DNA of 64,000 nucleotides from Torpedo marmorata (taxonomy: Eukaryota): contig OZ360223.1 in NCBI GenBank assembly GCA_977017645.1, forward strand, positions 139,128,001-139,192,000, given 5' to 3'. Made by a program: the position numbers and the translations under genes. Shown here one piece after another: positions 1-13,329 of the stretch (position 1 is its first letter; every line of letters begins with the position of its first letter). A model generated the notes under the pieces. That model saw only the letters and a program-made list of their open reading frames with translations, made no database searches and was not told the DNA's origin.

Positions 1-3000
1 GGGATGTTTACATGGAGTCGATGGAGGGGAAGGAACTTTGTGTGATGGTCCAATCTGCATTCAATGCCTTCTACAGTTCCTTGTCGACCAAAGCAGAGCA
101 GTTCTCATGATACGCAATGATGCATCTTCAAAGGATTTTTGATTGGTGCATCTGTAAAGGTTGTTGAGGGTGCAGTCTTCATGCTGAACTTACTCAGGCA
201 TTGAAGGAAGTAGAGAAGTTGTGGCACTTTCTTGGTGTTTTGTCAACTAATCCAAGACCATCAGAGGATGGAATGTGTCCAGAAATACACCAAGGAGCTT
301 CGGAGGAGGGAATGTATGTGGTCAGAACAAATCAGGAGCTTTGGAGGAAGTAACATGGCCAGGATATTGCAGGCGAGCTAGGTCAACATGATTTAATCTT
401 ATGATGTTTGCTCATGAGAGTGACAGCAGTGATGTAGTCAATTTTGAATATCGAGCTGTGTAATTTCTGAAAGTGTATATTATTCCCGACTGAAGGAGGG
501 TGACGAGAGAGTGACTGGGATGAATCATTTGAAACTGATAATTTTTCCGAGGCAGCGCGCTGTGTAAATGGAGTTAATGGAGTGGAAGGAGCTTTGTGTG
601 ATGGTTGAAGCTGCATTCACTAATTTCTACAGTATCGCATTCTATGACTGAGCAGAATCCATGCCGCACTGTGATACATTCTCGCAGGATTCTAGTGATG
701 GTACTTCTGTAAAAGTTGTGGAGGGAGCAGCGTTTCATTTGAACATTTGAGGACTGAGCGTAAGTTCATACACTTTCGATGCTGTCGCATCAATACTGTT
801 TCCACGTTGGATAAGGCAATGTGGCCAGGACCTATCAGAGGTGTCAGTGAGTCCAGGACAAATGTGGAGAATCGGAGGAAGCAATGTGTCAGGACAAATT
901 GGGGACAAGATGAGGAGGAAGGATGGCTCAAATTCAATTTAATTGTCACAAGTACTGAGGTGGAGTGAAAGTGTCTAATTTGCAAGTGATGTGCTTGATT
1001 TCACAATTGTGAACCTTCATTTCAAAGGAAGGAGGGAGAAAGGAATGCGGTCACGTTGGGATGAGTTCTTTGAGAGGTTGGCTGTTATTTCACGACTGTG
1101 GGATGTGTAAATGGTGGGGAAGCAATTTGGTGTGGTCACTTAATATCTTGTTTGTTTTACTGAGGCACTAGGGTGTGTAGGCACAGTTGATGGCAGGGAA
1201 GGAGGCTTGTGTGAAGGTCTGAGCTGCGTTTAAAGCTTTCTGCAGCATTTTGTAATCCAAGGTGGAGGAGGGACTGTGGTACTGACTGTGCATCCTGACG
1301 GGATTCTTTCCATGGTGTATTTGTAGAATTTGATCAGTGCACTGCTTTCATGCAAGGTTTTCTCAGGTGTAAGTGGAAGTACAGGAATTAGAGTGCTTTC
1401 CTGATCAACACCTCAAGCACTCCAGGACCATCAGAGGACGAAATCGGGCTGGCAGTAATCATGAGGCAAGGCAGGAGAGGACCAAGCCGAAACCATCGAT
1501 GGAGGCAAGGTAAAATGAAACAGCAACTTTCACAGATATACGGGGAGCCAGGAATCAGATGGGATCATCGGAGAAGGGAAACTCGTCAAGACCAAGTCAG
1601 GACCATTCGAGAGAGAAGGATGCCAAGACCGACCATGGATCCTCGGTGTAGTAATGATAGCCAGAGTCATTTGAGGAGGTAAGGTGGACATGACCGAGCT
1701 GGGAGAATCATCGCAGACAAAGCAGTTCCTGTTCACATTAATTGTTGTATTTCTCGTGGTAGAATAAAAATATTCTGTGTGCTATCCAGCAAGTCAACAC
1801 ATGCATGCATACCACCAATAAAACACAGGTGAAAGTGCAGAAATAGAGAGAGATCATTAGACTGGAGCACGGGCAACGTGATCATATCATTGTGATGGTC
1901 GGTCACGTGTTTAATACTTTGTAACAGTCACTGTTTTGAATCTGATGGTGAGTGACTTCAAATTGTGATTCTTTCTGACAGAAGAGGGGTGAATGGGTAG
2001 TCGCTGGGGTGGAATGAATCATTCAACACATTTCTGAGATGTGTACATGGATTTGATGGAGAGGAAGGAACTTTGTTTGATGGTCCAATCTGCATTTGAT
2101 GCCTTCTACAGATTCTGAGGTCAAAAGCAGAGCAGTTCTCATGACAATCGAGGATGATTCTTCACAGGATTTTTGATGGGTGCATCTGTAGAAGTTGTTG
2201 AGGGTGCACTTACTGATGCTGAACTTACTCAGGCATTGGAGGAAGTAAAAGAGTTGTGGCACTTTCTTGCTGCTGTGTCAACTGATCCAAGACTATTAGA
2301 GGAGGGAATGTGTCCAGAAATACACCAAGGAGCTTCGGAGGATGGATTGTATGTGGTCAGAACAAATCAGGAGCTTTGGAGGAAATAACATGACCAGGAC
2401 ACGGCGGGGGAGCAAGGTCAACATGATTTACCTTTGTAATGGTCATTCATGAGTGTGACAGCAGTGATGTTGTCACTTTTGAATCAAGAAGTGCGTAATT
2501 TCTGAAATGTGAATAGGCAAAAAGAGAGTAACTGGGATGGGATGAATCATTTAAATCATTGATCATTTTACTGAGGCAGCAGGATGTGTAAATGGAGTGG
2601 ATGGAGTGGAAGGAGCTTTGTGTGATGGTTGAAGCTATGTTCAAACCTTTCTACAGAATCTAATTTTCTATGACTGAGCAGATCCCGTGCTGCACTATGA
2701 TGAATTCTAACAGGATTCATGGTTTCATTTGGACACTTGAGGACTGAGTGGAAGTTCATGCGCTTTGTATGCTGTCGCATCAATATTCTTTCCACATTGG
2801 AGAAGGGAATGTGGCCAGGACCTATCAGAGGAGTCAATGTGTCCAGGACATGTATGGAGAATCGGAAGAAGTCATGTGCCAGGACAAATTGGGGACAAGC
2901 TGAGGAGGAAAGATGGCTCCAATTCAATTTAATTGTCATGAATACTGAGGTAGCATGAAAGTGTTTAATTTGCAAGTGATGTGCTTGATTTCACAATTGT

Positions 3001-5700
3001 GAATCTTCATTTCAAAGGAAGGAGGGAGAAAAGAATGTGCTAACGGTGGGATGAGTTCTTCGGTACGTTGGCTGTTATTTCGAGGCTGTGTGGATGGTGG
3101 GGAAGCAGTTTTGTGTGGAGGTTGAGTTGCATTCACCACATTCTGTAGTTTATTGCAGTCTTGGGCAGCACATTTCCCATACCATTCAGTGATGCATCTG
3201 TAAAGGATGTTGAGGGTCATGCGAATTTGGTCCAGCATCTGAGGAAGTAGAATTGTTTGTGTACATTCTTGACTGTAGCATCAACTGAACTAGGACCATT
3301 AGAAGGAGGTGAAATCCTGGACCTTTGGTGCAGGCAACTTGGTACGGTCCAATTGTGGATAATTGGAGGGGTCGATCTATCCACGGTCAGTCAGAACCCT
3401 CGGAGGAGGTAACGAGGCCAGGACAAACCCAGATGATCGGAGGATGCAAAACTGGAACCATCAATGCATGCATGCTTGCCTGAACTGAGCTATGAAAATC
3501 GAAGGAAGTCGAATTGATGTTCGCATTTGTTATGCTTTTTGAGGTACAGTGAAAATTGTAGGCTTTTATGCTTTCCAGCATGACAATCCATACATACATA
3601 CTGCAAATAAAAGACACAACAGAGTGCAGAGTTACTGAGCGCAATCAGTGAGAATAGAGTAAGGGCATCATGATTTCACTGTTGTGATGTTTGTTTGTGT
3701 GTTGACAAGAATAACAGCACTGATATATTCATAGTTTTGAATCTGATGATGCATGATTTTAAATCGCGATTTTTCTTTCTGATGGAAGTAAGAAGAATAG
3801 GGAGTGGTCAGGGTGGGATGATTCACTTAATATGTTGTCTGTTTTACTGAGGTATCAGGATGTGTAGAGAGAGTGGATGGCACGGAAGGAGACGTGTGAA
3901 GGTCTGAGCTGCGATTAAAGCTTTCTGCAGCATCTTGTTGTTCAACGTTGAGCAGGGACTGTTTAACTGACTGTGTAACCTGATAGGTTTCTTTCAATGG
4001 TGCATTTGTAGAATTTGTTCAGAGCACAGTGTTCATGCAGTTTTCTCAGGCATGTGTGCAAGTATGAGAATTGGAGGGCTTTCGTAGTCATCATATCAAG
4101 CACTTCAGGCCCATCAGAGGAGGAAACCGGGCCGGCAATAATCAGGAAACATTGCAGTAGGCAACGTGGCCAGGACCAAGTCCAACACATCAATGGAAGC
4201 AAGGGGCCCAGGACCAAGCAGGTCCTTCGATGCAGGCAAAACGGGATCGGACCCAGCTGGAATCATCGGCAGAGGCAAGGTGGGACAGATCCCGGCCGGG
4301 ACCATCGATGGAGACAAGGCGGGTAGGACCCAGGTGGGTCCATCAACAGAGGCAAATCGGGACAGGACCCAGCTGGGACTATCAGCAGAGGCAAAGCGGG
4401 ACAGGACCCAGCTGGGTCCATCAACAGAGACAAGGTGGGACAGATCCTGGCCGGGACCATCGATGGAGGCAAGGCGGGTCAGGACCCAGCTTGGTCCATC
4501 AACAGAGGCAAATCGGGACAGGACTGAGCTGGGATCATCGGCAGAGGCAAAGCGGGTCGGACCCAGCCGGGTCCATCGACAGAAGCAAGGTGGGACTGGA
4601 CTCAGCCGGGATCATCGATGGAGGCAAGTGGCCCAGGACCGTGATGGGACCATCGACGGACTCAAGGTGTGCACGACCGAGCTGGGACCACCTGCGGAGG
4701 CAAGGTAAGAAGAAACGAAACAGCAAATTTCACAGACATGAGGGGAGCCAGGAACCAGATGGGAGCATTGGAGAAGGGAAAGTGGTCATGACCAAGTCAT
4801 TGAGAGAGAGAAGGAAGCCAAGACAGACCACAGATCGTTAGTGTGGTAATGATAGCTAGCAGCATTGGAGGAGGTAAGGTGGGCATGACCGAGCTGGGAG
4901 AATCATCGCGGCAAAGCAGCTCCAGTTCCTGTTCATATTAAATGTTGTATTTCTCGAAGTAGAGTAAAAATATTTATTCTGTGTGCTATCCCACAAGCCA
5001 ACATACATGAACACAACCAATAAAAGACATTAGAAAGGGCAGGAATAGAGAGAGATAATTTAGACTGGAGAATGGGCAATGTGATTATATCATTGTGATG
5101 GTCGGTCACGTGTCTAATAGTTTCAAATAGTGACTGTTTTGAATCTGATGGTGTGTGATTTCAAATTGATTCTTACTGACAGAAGAGGGGAGTACGGAGA
5201 GTCACTGGGGTGGAATGAATAATTCAACACATTGTCATTTTTCTGGGATGTGCACATGGAGTTGATGGAGGGGAAGGAACTTTGTGTGATGGTCCGCTCT
5301 GAATTTGATGCCCTCTACAGTTCCTTGTCATCCAAAGCAGAGCAGTTCTCATGACACGCAATGATGCATCTTCAAAGGATTTTTGATTGGTGCATCTGTA
5401 AAAGTTGTTGAAGATGCAGTCTTCATGCTGAACTTACTCAGGCATTGGAGGAACCAGAGGAGTTGTGGCACTTTCTTGCTGTTGTGTCAACTAATCTGGG
5501 ACCATTGGAGGAGGGAATGTGTCCAGGAACACACTGAGGAGCTTCGTAGGAGGGAATGTATGTGGTCAGAACAAATCAGGAGCTTCAGAGGAAACAACAC
5601 GACCAGGACACGACGGGGGAGCATGGTCAACATGATTTACTGTTGTGATGTTCGTTCATGAGAGTGCCAGCAGTGATGTAGTCACTTTGAATCTGGAATT
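1..5700. repeat. Macro-repeat of degenerate Rex1/Babar-like LINE 3' fragments (minus strand) alternating with 37/39-bp family units
   Basis: Minus-strand translations resemble the Rex1 ORF C-terminus. Marker AAAGCAG(CTCCAG)TTCCTGTTCA(C/T)ATTAA occurs at ~1719 and ~4913 and again at ~54449, ~58392 and ~62795. Bases 1-870 are nearly identical to 63128-64000. Confidence 0.8.
4166..4705 (+). repeat. 39-bp GC-rich minisatellite (degenerate copy) preceded by an H3-start-like sequence
   Basis: Units resemble GGCAAGGTGGGACAGGACCCAGCTGGGTCCATCAACAGA. The block starts GTGGCCAGGACCAAG, which reads (M/V)ARTK. Confidence 0.8.
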
Positions 5701-5784
5701 TTCACAGGCCTCTGAGGAAGTAGAGGCGTTGTTGCACTTTCCAGGACCATTGGAGGAGACAATGTGTCCTTGAACATGCTGGCG

Positions 5785-6540
5785 GAGCTTAAATTTGCTC
5801 AGCCCCACCATCTCTGGTCCCCCAATGATCACTGGATCGTACACCTCTGGTTTCCCTCCTGTATGCTGACTCATCGCCCCTTTTTATACAAACTACTACC
5901 GTGGTAGCGTCAGCGAACTTGTAGATGGTGTTGCTGTTGCACCGAGCCACACAGTCGTAGGTGTAAAGTGAGTAGAGCAGGGGGCTAAGAACACAGCCCT
6001 GTGGTGCTCCGGTACTGATGGAGATTGTGGAGTAGATGTTCTTAGCAATACTCACTGATTGTGCTCTGGAGGTGAGGAAATGCAGGATCGAATTACACAA
6101 TGGGGTGTTGAGTGCTTGACAGGACTGAGCTATGACAAGCACTCTTGGAGTCTTGCAGTTTGCTGATCAATTTTGAGGGTATGATGGTGTTAAATCCTGA
6201 ACTTTTGTCGATAAAGAGCATCCTGCTGTATGCATCTTTGCTGTCCAGGTGTTCCATGGCTTTGTGTAGAGCCAGTGAGACGGCATCCGCCGTAGACCTG
6301 TTTCTACGATGGGTGAATTGGAACGGATCCATGTCGCTGCTCAGACAGGAGTTGATATGCTTCAACACCAGCCTTTTGAAACACTTCATCTCTATTGATA
6401 TAAGTGCCACGTGTCGATAGTGGCAGGTTACCCACACTCTTCTTGGACACCGATACGATAGACACCTGTTTGAAACAGGTGGATACCACGCCCTGCCAGA
6501 GTGAGATGTTGAAGATATTTGTGAATACATTGGTAAGTTG
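5785..6540 (-). mobile_element. Rex1/Babar-type LINE reverse transcriptase fragment (frameshifted)
   Basis: Translations give [80 protein letters not shown] and KFADATTVV. Confidence 0.9.
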
Positions 6541-6619
6541 AACATAGAACATTACAGCACAGTACAGGCCCTTCAGCCCACAGTCAGGGGACACAATCAG
6601 GTTCATGCCGAGTGTGCAT

Positions 6620-7135
6620 CTGAAGAGGCAATGTGTCCAGTAACAAGCCAATTGTACAGGAGGAGGCAATGTGTCCAAGACCTAGCCTGTTCCATTGGAG
6701 AAATTAATGGAGCCGGGATCTTCAGTGAGACCATTGGAGGAGACCAGAATAATCAGAAGAGGCAATGGAATCTTGATTTGTTCTGACAATTGGAGGAATC
6801 AATATGGCCAGGACCAATGGAAGAGGCAAGGCCATAATCAGGCCCTTTGAGAAGATTCTGTGGCCAGGACTACGTGAGAGTAACAATGGGTAATGCACTG
6901 CTGCCAGGAACAAGCAGAGGAACACCTGAGTGGCCAATGTGGCTAGGGTAGTATTTTATGAGCAATTTGTCCAGATGAAGTTGAAATACCGGAGGAGGCA
7001 ATGTGGCAAGAGCCAAGCCTGGGTCACTAGAGGAGACGATGTGGACTGGTCCAAACCAGGCCAGTCTGAGGATGGCCAAGGTGGAATGAGTCCTTGAATA
7101 AATTTTGAGGTAGCGTGATGTTTAGATCGTCAATG
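6620..7135 (+). repeat. Highly degenerate units of the 37-bp family
   Basis: Recurrent GGAGGAGGCAATGTG(G/T)CCAGGACC motifs. Confidence 0.65.
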
Positions 7136-7769
7136 GAGGGACGAGATATTTGGGTGATATTCTCAGCAGCATTCACCATTTACTGCAGTTTCTAGCGTGG
7201 AACAATTCCTGGACAGGCATTGATGCATCCACAGAAGATGCATCCAATGGTGCATCTTTAAAAAATTTGTTGAGGCATGCAGTGTCATGCTCAGGTGTAT
7301 GAGGAAATAGGCAGGTTTGTGTGCATTCTCATCTGCCACAACATTCAAACCAGGTTCATAGGAGGAGGGAATGTGACCAGTCGAATCACGGACGATCAGA
7401 GGGGCAAATGTGATCAGGATCGATCTGGGACAAGCTGAAAGGGAAGATGGCTCAAGATCAATTTTATAATAACATGTACCAGGGTACTGTGAAATATTTG
7501 ATATGCATGCTATCTAGCAAGACAAAACATGTATGTGTACAGCAAATAAAACATTGTACAAAGTGCGGAGCTACAGATAGAATGGAGCAAGTGCAATGCT
7601 ATTTTACTATTGTGAGTTCTGTTCAGTAGTGTGATATCAATATTATTGTAACTGTTCAGAATTTGGTGTCGCATGACTTCACCATCATGGTTGTTCCTCC
7701 TGACTGTTTTCAAGGCAGCGGGATGTGTGGACGGAGTTGATGTGTAATCTGGGAAATTATAGGCCGGTG

Positions 7770-8600
7770 AGCTGGACATCAATATATATTTGGAAGATAT
7801 TTCAAGAGATGAGATATATAGGTATTTGGATGGACAGGGACTGGTTACTTTAGTAAGGGCTTTGACAAGGTCCTGCATCGTCGGTTGGTCAAGAAGGTTC
7901 AGTTGCTTTGCATTCAGGATGAGGATGTAAATTGAATTAACATTGGCTTTTCAGGAGAACCCAGAGAATGGTATGAGAAGATTACCTCTCGGACTGGATG
8001 CCTCTGATGAGTGGTGTGCTTTGGGAATCTATGTTGGCTCTCTTGTTTGTCATCTATATCAAAGATATGGTTGATATGGTAAACTGGATTTGCAAATATG
8101 CAGTTGACACTAAGATTGGGGGTGTAGTGGACAACAAGGAAAGCTTTCAAAGCTTATTGTCCTGGACCATTGGAAAAATTGGCTGAAAAATAACAGATGG
8201 AATTTAATACAGATACTGTATGTGTGAGGTTTTGCACTTGGACTTACACAGTAAACAGTAGAGCACTATGAAGTGCAGTAGGAAAAAAGGATCTTGGGTT
8301 ATAGATGCGTAGATCTTTTAAAGTGGGTTGTAAAGAGAGATTTTGGCACATTGGCCTTCATCAGTCGAAGTATTAAGTACAGAGTGGGTGAGACAAGACA
8401 AGAGAGAATGAGTTGGGGGTGAAAGGTGAAATGTTTAAGGGGAACTTCAGTGGAAACCTCTTCACTCTTCACAGGGTGGTGAGAGTGTGGAATGGGTTGG
8501 AAGTGGTGCAAGTGGGTTTGATTTCAACATTTAGGAAAAAATTGGATAGGTACATGGATAGGAGAGTTATGGAGGGTGCAGGTCGATGGGACTAGGAAGA
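7770..8600 (+). mobile_element. CR1-type LINE ORF2 3' remnants
   Basis: Reads as KGFDKVLHRRL, then LLFVIYIKDM...ICKYAVDTKIGGVVD, then a CR1-like 3' end (RVVRVWNGL...KKLDRYMD). Confidence 0.8.
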
Positions 8601-8639
8601 ATAATAGTATGTAACGGGAAAGATGGGTTGAAGGTTTTA

Positions 8640-10218
8640 TGAAATGTGTCCAGGAACAAGCTGAGATAAGTGAAGAGATTATATGACCAGGACAACCCCA
8701 ACATTCGGAGGAAGGAATGTGGTCAGGACCAAGCATGGGTCATCTGAGGAGGCAATGTGGACAGGACCGATATTGGAGGTTTGGAGGGGAAATGTGGCCA
8801 GGACCTATTGGAACCACAGCGAGTGGAAAGATGGACATGACCAATCCCTAACACTCGGGGGGAGTAACATGGTCAGAATAAACAAGGACAATTGTTGGAA
8901 GCTATGTGGCCAGGACCAATCCAGAGCATTGGGGGAGGCAATGTGGCCAGGACGATACCGGGGGAACATTTAAATGAGGCAATGTTGGGCAGTACACATT
9001 GTTGTAGGATCTGTGCAGACGATGTGGTCAGGAGAATTGAAAGACGTTTATCACCAGGAAAACACAGAAAACAAGGGGAATTAATGTGGCAAGACCAATC
9101 TGGGTGAATAAGAATGAGGTAATGAGGAATGGAGCAATCTGGGATGATTGAAGGAGCCCATAAGGTCTAGCGCGATCTGGGACCAATTGAGAAGGCCACA
9201 AAGAGTGATACAATGATGCAGGGCACAAAGACTTGACCAAACAGGAATGAAAGAATGAGGACAGGAAGACTGGATACATCTAGGAAGCATGGAGGAGGCC
9301 ACGAAGACTAGACCATTCTGGGAGCAATGGTGGTTGCCAAGAAGACTGGACCAATCTGGTACCAATGGAGGAGGCCAAGAGGACTGGGGTAATGGAGAAG
9401 TCCACAAAGACTGTTGCAATGGGTAAGGCCACTAATGCTCGGCTAATGGAGGAGGCCATGAAGACTGGGCCAATGGGAGAGGCCACAAAGACTGAACTAA
9501 TGGAGGAGGTCATGAAGACTCCACCATCTGAGAGCAATGGAGGAGGCCAGGAAGACTGGACCAATCTGGGACCAACGGAGGTAGCCACGCTGTCCGGATC
9601 AATCTGCGACCAACAGAGGATGCCACGAAGACTGGACCAATGGAGTAGGTCACAAAAACTATACCAATAGAGGAGACCAGGAAGACTGAACCAATGGTGG
9701 AGGGCACAAAGACGTAACGAATGGAGGAGGCGACGAAGACTCCACAAACCTGGGACCAATGGACGAGGCCAGGAAGACTGGTCCAATCTGGGACCAATGG
9801 AGGATGCGAGGGAGACTGGTCCTGTAGAGGAAGCCATGAAGACGAGCACTGGGGGGAGGCCACAAAGACCAGTAAGGAGAGAAATGGAGGAGGCCACAAA
9901 GTCTGCGCCAAACTGGGACCAATCTAGGAGACCATGAAGATAAGACTAATCTGGGACCAATGGAAGAGGCCAGGAAGACTGGACCAATGTTGGGACAATG
10001 GTGGAGGCCACAAAGGCTGGACCAATAGGGGAGGACATGAAGACTGAACCAATGGAGGAGGTTATGAAGACTCCACCAATCTGGGACCAATGAAGGAGGC
10101 CAGGAAGACTGGACCAATCTGGAACCAATAGAGGAGGCCATGAAAACTAAACAATCTGTGAGCAATGGAAGAGGCAACAAAGACTGGACCAATCTGGGGC
10201 CAACGGAGGAAATCACTA
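8640..10218 (+). repeat. Degenerate minisatellite, a variant of the 37-bp family (GGAGGAGGCCACGAAGACTGGACCAAT[CTGGGACCAAT])
   Basis: Tandem recurrence of GGAGGAGGCC..GAAGACTGGACCAAT is visible, clearest at 9290-10210. Confidence 0.8.
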
Positions 10219-11134
10219 GCCTCTTTCACACTGGCTAACCAGTAAATTGGCCGTTCAGTGTCCCGGTTAAGGAAGCTGTTTTTCCCGTTCACACTGGGCC
10301 AATGTTAACCGGGACACTGCGTCGTTTCACACTCACCTCAAGGCATCCCCGGGGACAGGGGAGTTTATTCTGCACCAGTGATGTCTGAGTGACGCATCGA
10401 GCGATGGTGGACCTGCCCTAAATCCTGATCATGTACAGCAGAGTATGAGCCCTTCAGCCCCTGTTGTTGTGCCGACCAATATAAACCTTTATAAATTTAT
10501 AAAGGACCATGGGAAAGCTGTAGCTTCAATAGCGGACAATTTATAAAGACCGTGGGAACAGTAGTGCACAATTTATAAAGACCGTGGGAACAATAGCGCA
10601 CAATTTATAAAGACCGTGGGAACAATAGCGCACAATTTATAAAGATCGTGGGAAAGAGCGAAAGCGGACCTGCCCTCCCAGAATTCCGTGCGGCAGAGAA
10701 AGAGCTGTATGCACAGAGAATTCATGGAGGGGTTTCTCTGCCGTACGGAATTCTGGGAGGCCAGGTTCTCCATCGCTTTCTCTCTCTCTCTCTCCCGTTG
10801 CGACTCTCCCACGGTTCTTTAGAAATTTATAAAGGTTTATGTAGGTCATCAAAGTTTATACCTTTTTAATCTTTTGTTTCCTTCAAGTTCCTGCACTCAT
10901 GCAAAAACGTCATCAAAGCGTCACTACTTTGTCCCTGAATAGTAAGTGTCCCTTTCACACTGGACTAATCGGCACGCAGGCATCAGTTGACGCCGGGGAT
11001 GAGAGTAGGGGTCAAGACCGTCAATACCCGGCGTGATTTGACGCCGGCGTGCCGATTAAATCGCTTTCACACTGGACCCTTAACCGGTAAATTGGCCGTC
11101 AATTACTTGGACAAGGTGCCAGTGTGAAAGGGGC
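10219..11134. mobile_element. Non-autonomous DNA transposon (MITE) with Harbinger-like termini
   Basis: 17-bp TIRs GCCTCTTTCACACTGGC / GCCAGTGTGAAAGGGGC (1 mismatch), flanked by TA on both sides, with internal TTCACACTGG repeats. It is absent from the paralogous site near 12385. Confidence 0.85.
10474..10847. repeat. Inverted-repeat element nested inside the MITE
   Basis: Ends GACCAATATAAACCTTTATAAATTT / AAATTTATAAAGGTTTATGTAGGTC. Contains ~32-bp tandem units CAATTTATAAAGACCGTGGGAACAATAGCGCA and a long hairpin at ~10667-10768. Confidence 0.7.
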
Positions 11135-11136
11135 TA

Positions 11137-13320
11137 TGAAGTCGGGACCAATCTGCGAAAAATATAGGACGCCATAATGATTGTGGTCAGGAGGACTGAA
11201 ACAATGGAGGGAAGCAACAAAACAGGATCACACCGGGAAAAGTTTGGACATTGCACTTCAAATATTTTGACAGGACCTATCTAAACCATTGGAGGAAAAT
11301 ACGTAACCAGGACCATCCATACACCTTCAGACCTTGTTGGGAGCATTGGATGAGCCACTGTGGTCAAGGCATTTCCAGGAGAATATCTGAGGAGTAAACA
11401 TGTACAGGGCCAAGCCTGGAGTGTCAGATTTAGCAATGTGGCCAATGCCAAGGATAACATAGTAGTAATAGAGCCAAGACTAACACAGACAAACAGATGA
11501 GGCTCTCAGCATTAGAGCAGGCAATGTGACCAGTAACTGTCAGAACTCGAGCAAGAGGAAATGTTGCCAAGACGACACCACAGGAGCATCTGTGAAGGTA
11601 ACGTGTTCAGAATCAAGCTTGGCCCATGGGGGGTGGCATTGTGGCCAGAACCAAATGAGGAGATACCATGGACAGGACCATGCCAAGGGATCACTTGAGG
11701 AGGCAATGTTGATAGACACAAGCCAGGAACATTGAAGGAAGAAAGTGGCAGGGACAAACATGGACAAACAGAGGAAGCTGTGTGTACAGGATGAATGAGG
11801 GACTATTGAGGAAGTAATGAAGCCCGTACCAATCACGTTCCAATGGAGGAGGCAATGTGGCCAGGACCACAACAGCATGGCATCTGAGTAATGTGTATTG
11901 GAACAAGCTGGGAAAAGTGAAGAGGCATCGTGACCAGGAGAAACCCAGAAAATCAGAGGAAGCAAGTAAACAAGACCAGTCCGAAACCATTGAAGGAGAC
12001 AATGTGGCCAGAACCCATCCAGGAGGATGCAATGTGCCAGGATCAATCACGGACCATTGAAAAATGCAATGTGCCAGGATCAATCACGGACCATTGGAGG
12101 ATGCAATGTGCCAGGATCAATCATGGTCCATTGATGGATGCAATGTGGCAGGACCAATCACAGACCATTGGAGTATAGAATATGCCAGGACCAATCATGG
12201 ACCATTGAAGGATGCAATGTGCCATGAATAATCATGGACCATTGGAGGATGTAATGTGCCAGGGCCAATCATGGACTATTGAAGGATGCAATGTGCCAGG
12301 ACCAATCATGGACTATTGATGGATGCAATGTGCCATGACTAATCATGGACCATTGGGGTTGCCACTAATGCCACGGAGGAAGTCACTAAGTTTGAACCAA
12401 TCTGCGGCCAATATAGGACACCATAATGATTGGACCAAGGATGGACCAATGGAGGAGTTCACGAAGACTGGACTAATGGAGGAGGTCAGGAGGACTGGAA
12501 CAATGGAGGGGGACAACAAAACAGGATCACACCGGGAAAACATTGAACATTGCAACTGCAAATGTTTTGACGGGACCAATCAGAAGCATCGGAGGAAAAT
12601 ACGTAACCAGGACCATCCACAGACCTTCAGACCTTGTTGGGAGCATTGGATAAGCCACTGTGGTCAGGACAATGCCAGGAGAGTATCTGAGGAGGAAACA
12701 TGTACAGGGCCAAGCCTGGAGTGTCAGAGTTCACAATGTGGCCAATGCCCAAGAATATTATAGGTAGTAATAGAGCCAAGACTAACACAGACAAACAGAT
12801 GAGGCTCTCAGCTTAGAGGTGGCAATGTGACCAGTAACTGTCAGAACTCGAGCAAGAGGAAATTTTGCCAAGACGACACCACAGGAGCATCTGTGAAGGT
12901 AACGTGTTCAGAATCAAGCTTGGCCCATGGGGGGTGGCATTGTGGCCAGGTCAAATCAGAACCGAATGAGGAGATACCATGGACAGAACCATGCCAGAGA
13001 TCACTTGAGTAGGCAACGTTGATAGACACAAGCCCAGGGCATTGAAGGAAGAAAGTGGCCTGGACAAACAGAGAAAGCTGTATGTACAGGATGAATGAGG
13101 GACTATTGAGGAGGTAATGAAGCCAAACACTTTCCAATGGAGGACGCAATGTGGCCAGGACCACAACAGCTTAGCATCTGAGTAATGTGTCTTGGGACAA
13201 GCTGGGATCAGTGAAGAGGCAATGTGACCAGGACAAACCCAGACTTTCGGAGGAAGCAAGTAAACAAGCCCAGTCCTGGACCATTGAAGGAGACAATGTG
13301 GCCAGAACCCATCCAGGACC
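11137..13320 (+). repeat. Local tandem duplication (~11137-12020 vs ~12390-13320) of degenerate repeat sequence, separated by a short 37-bp array
   Basis: Near-identical blocks, for example GTGACCAGTAACTGTCAGAACTCGAGCAAGAGG at 11526 and 12827. Confidence 0.85.
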
Positions 13321-13329
13321 TTTGGAGTA

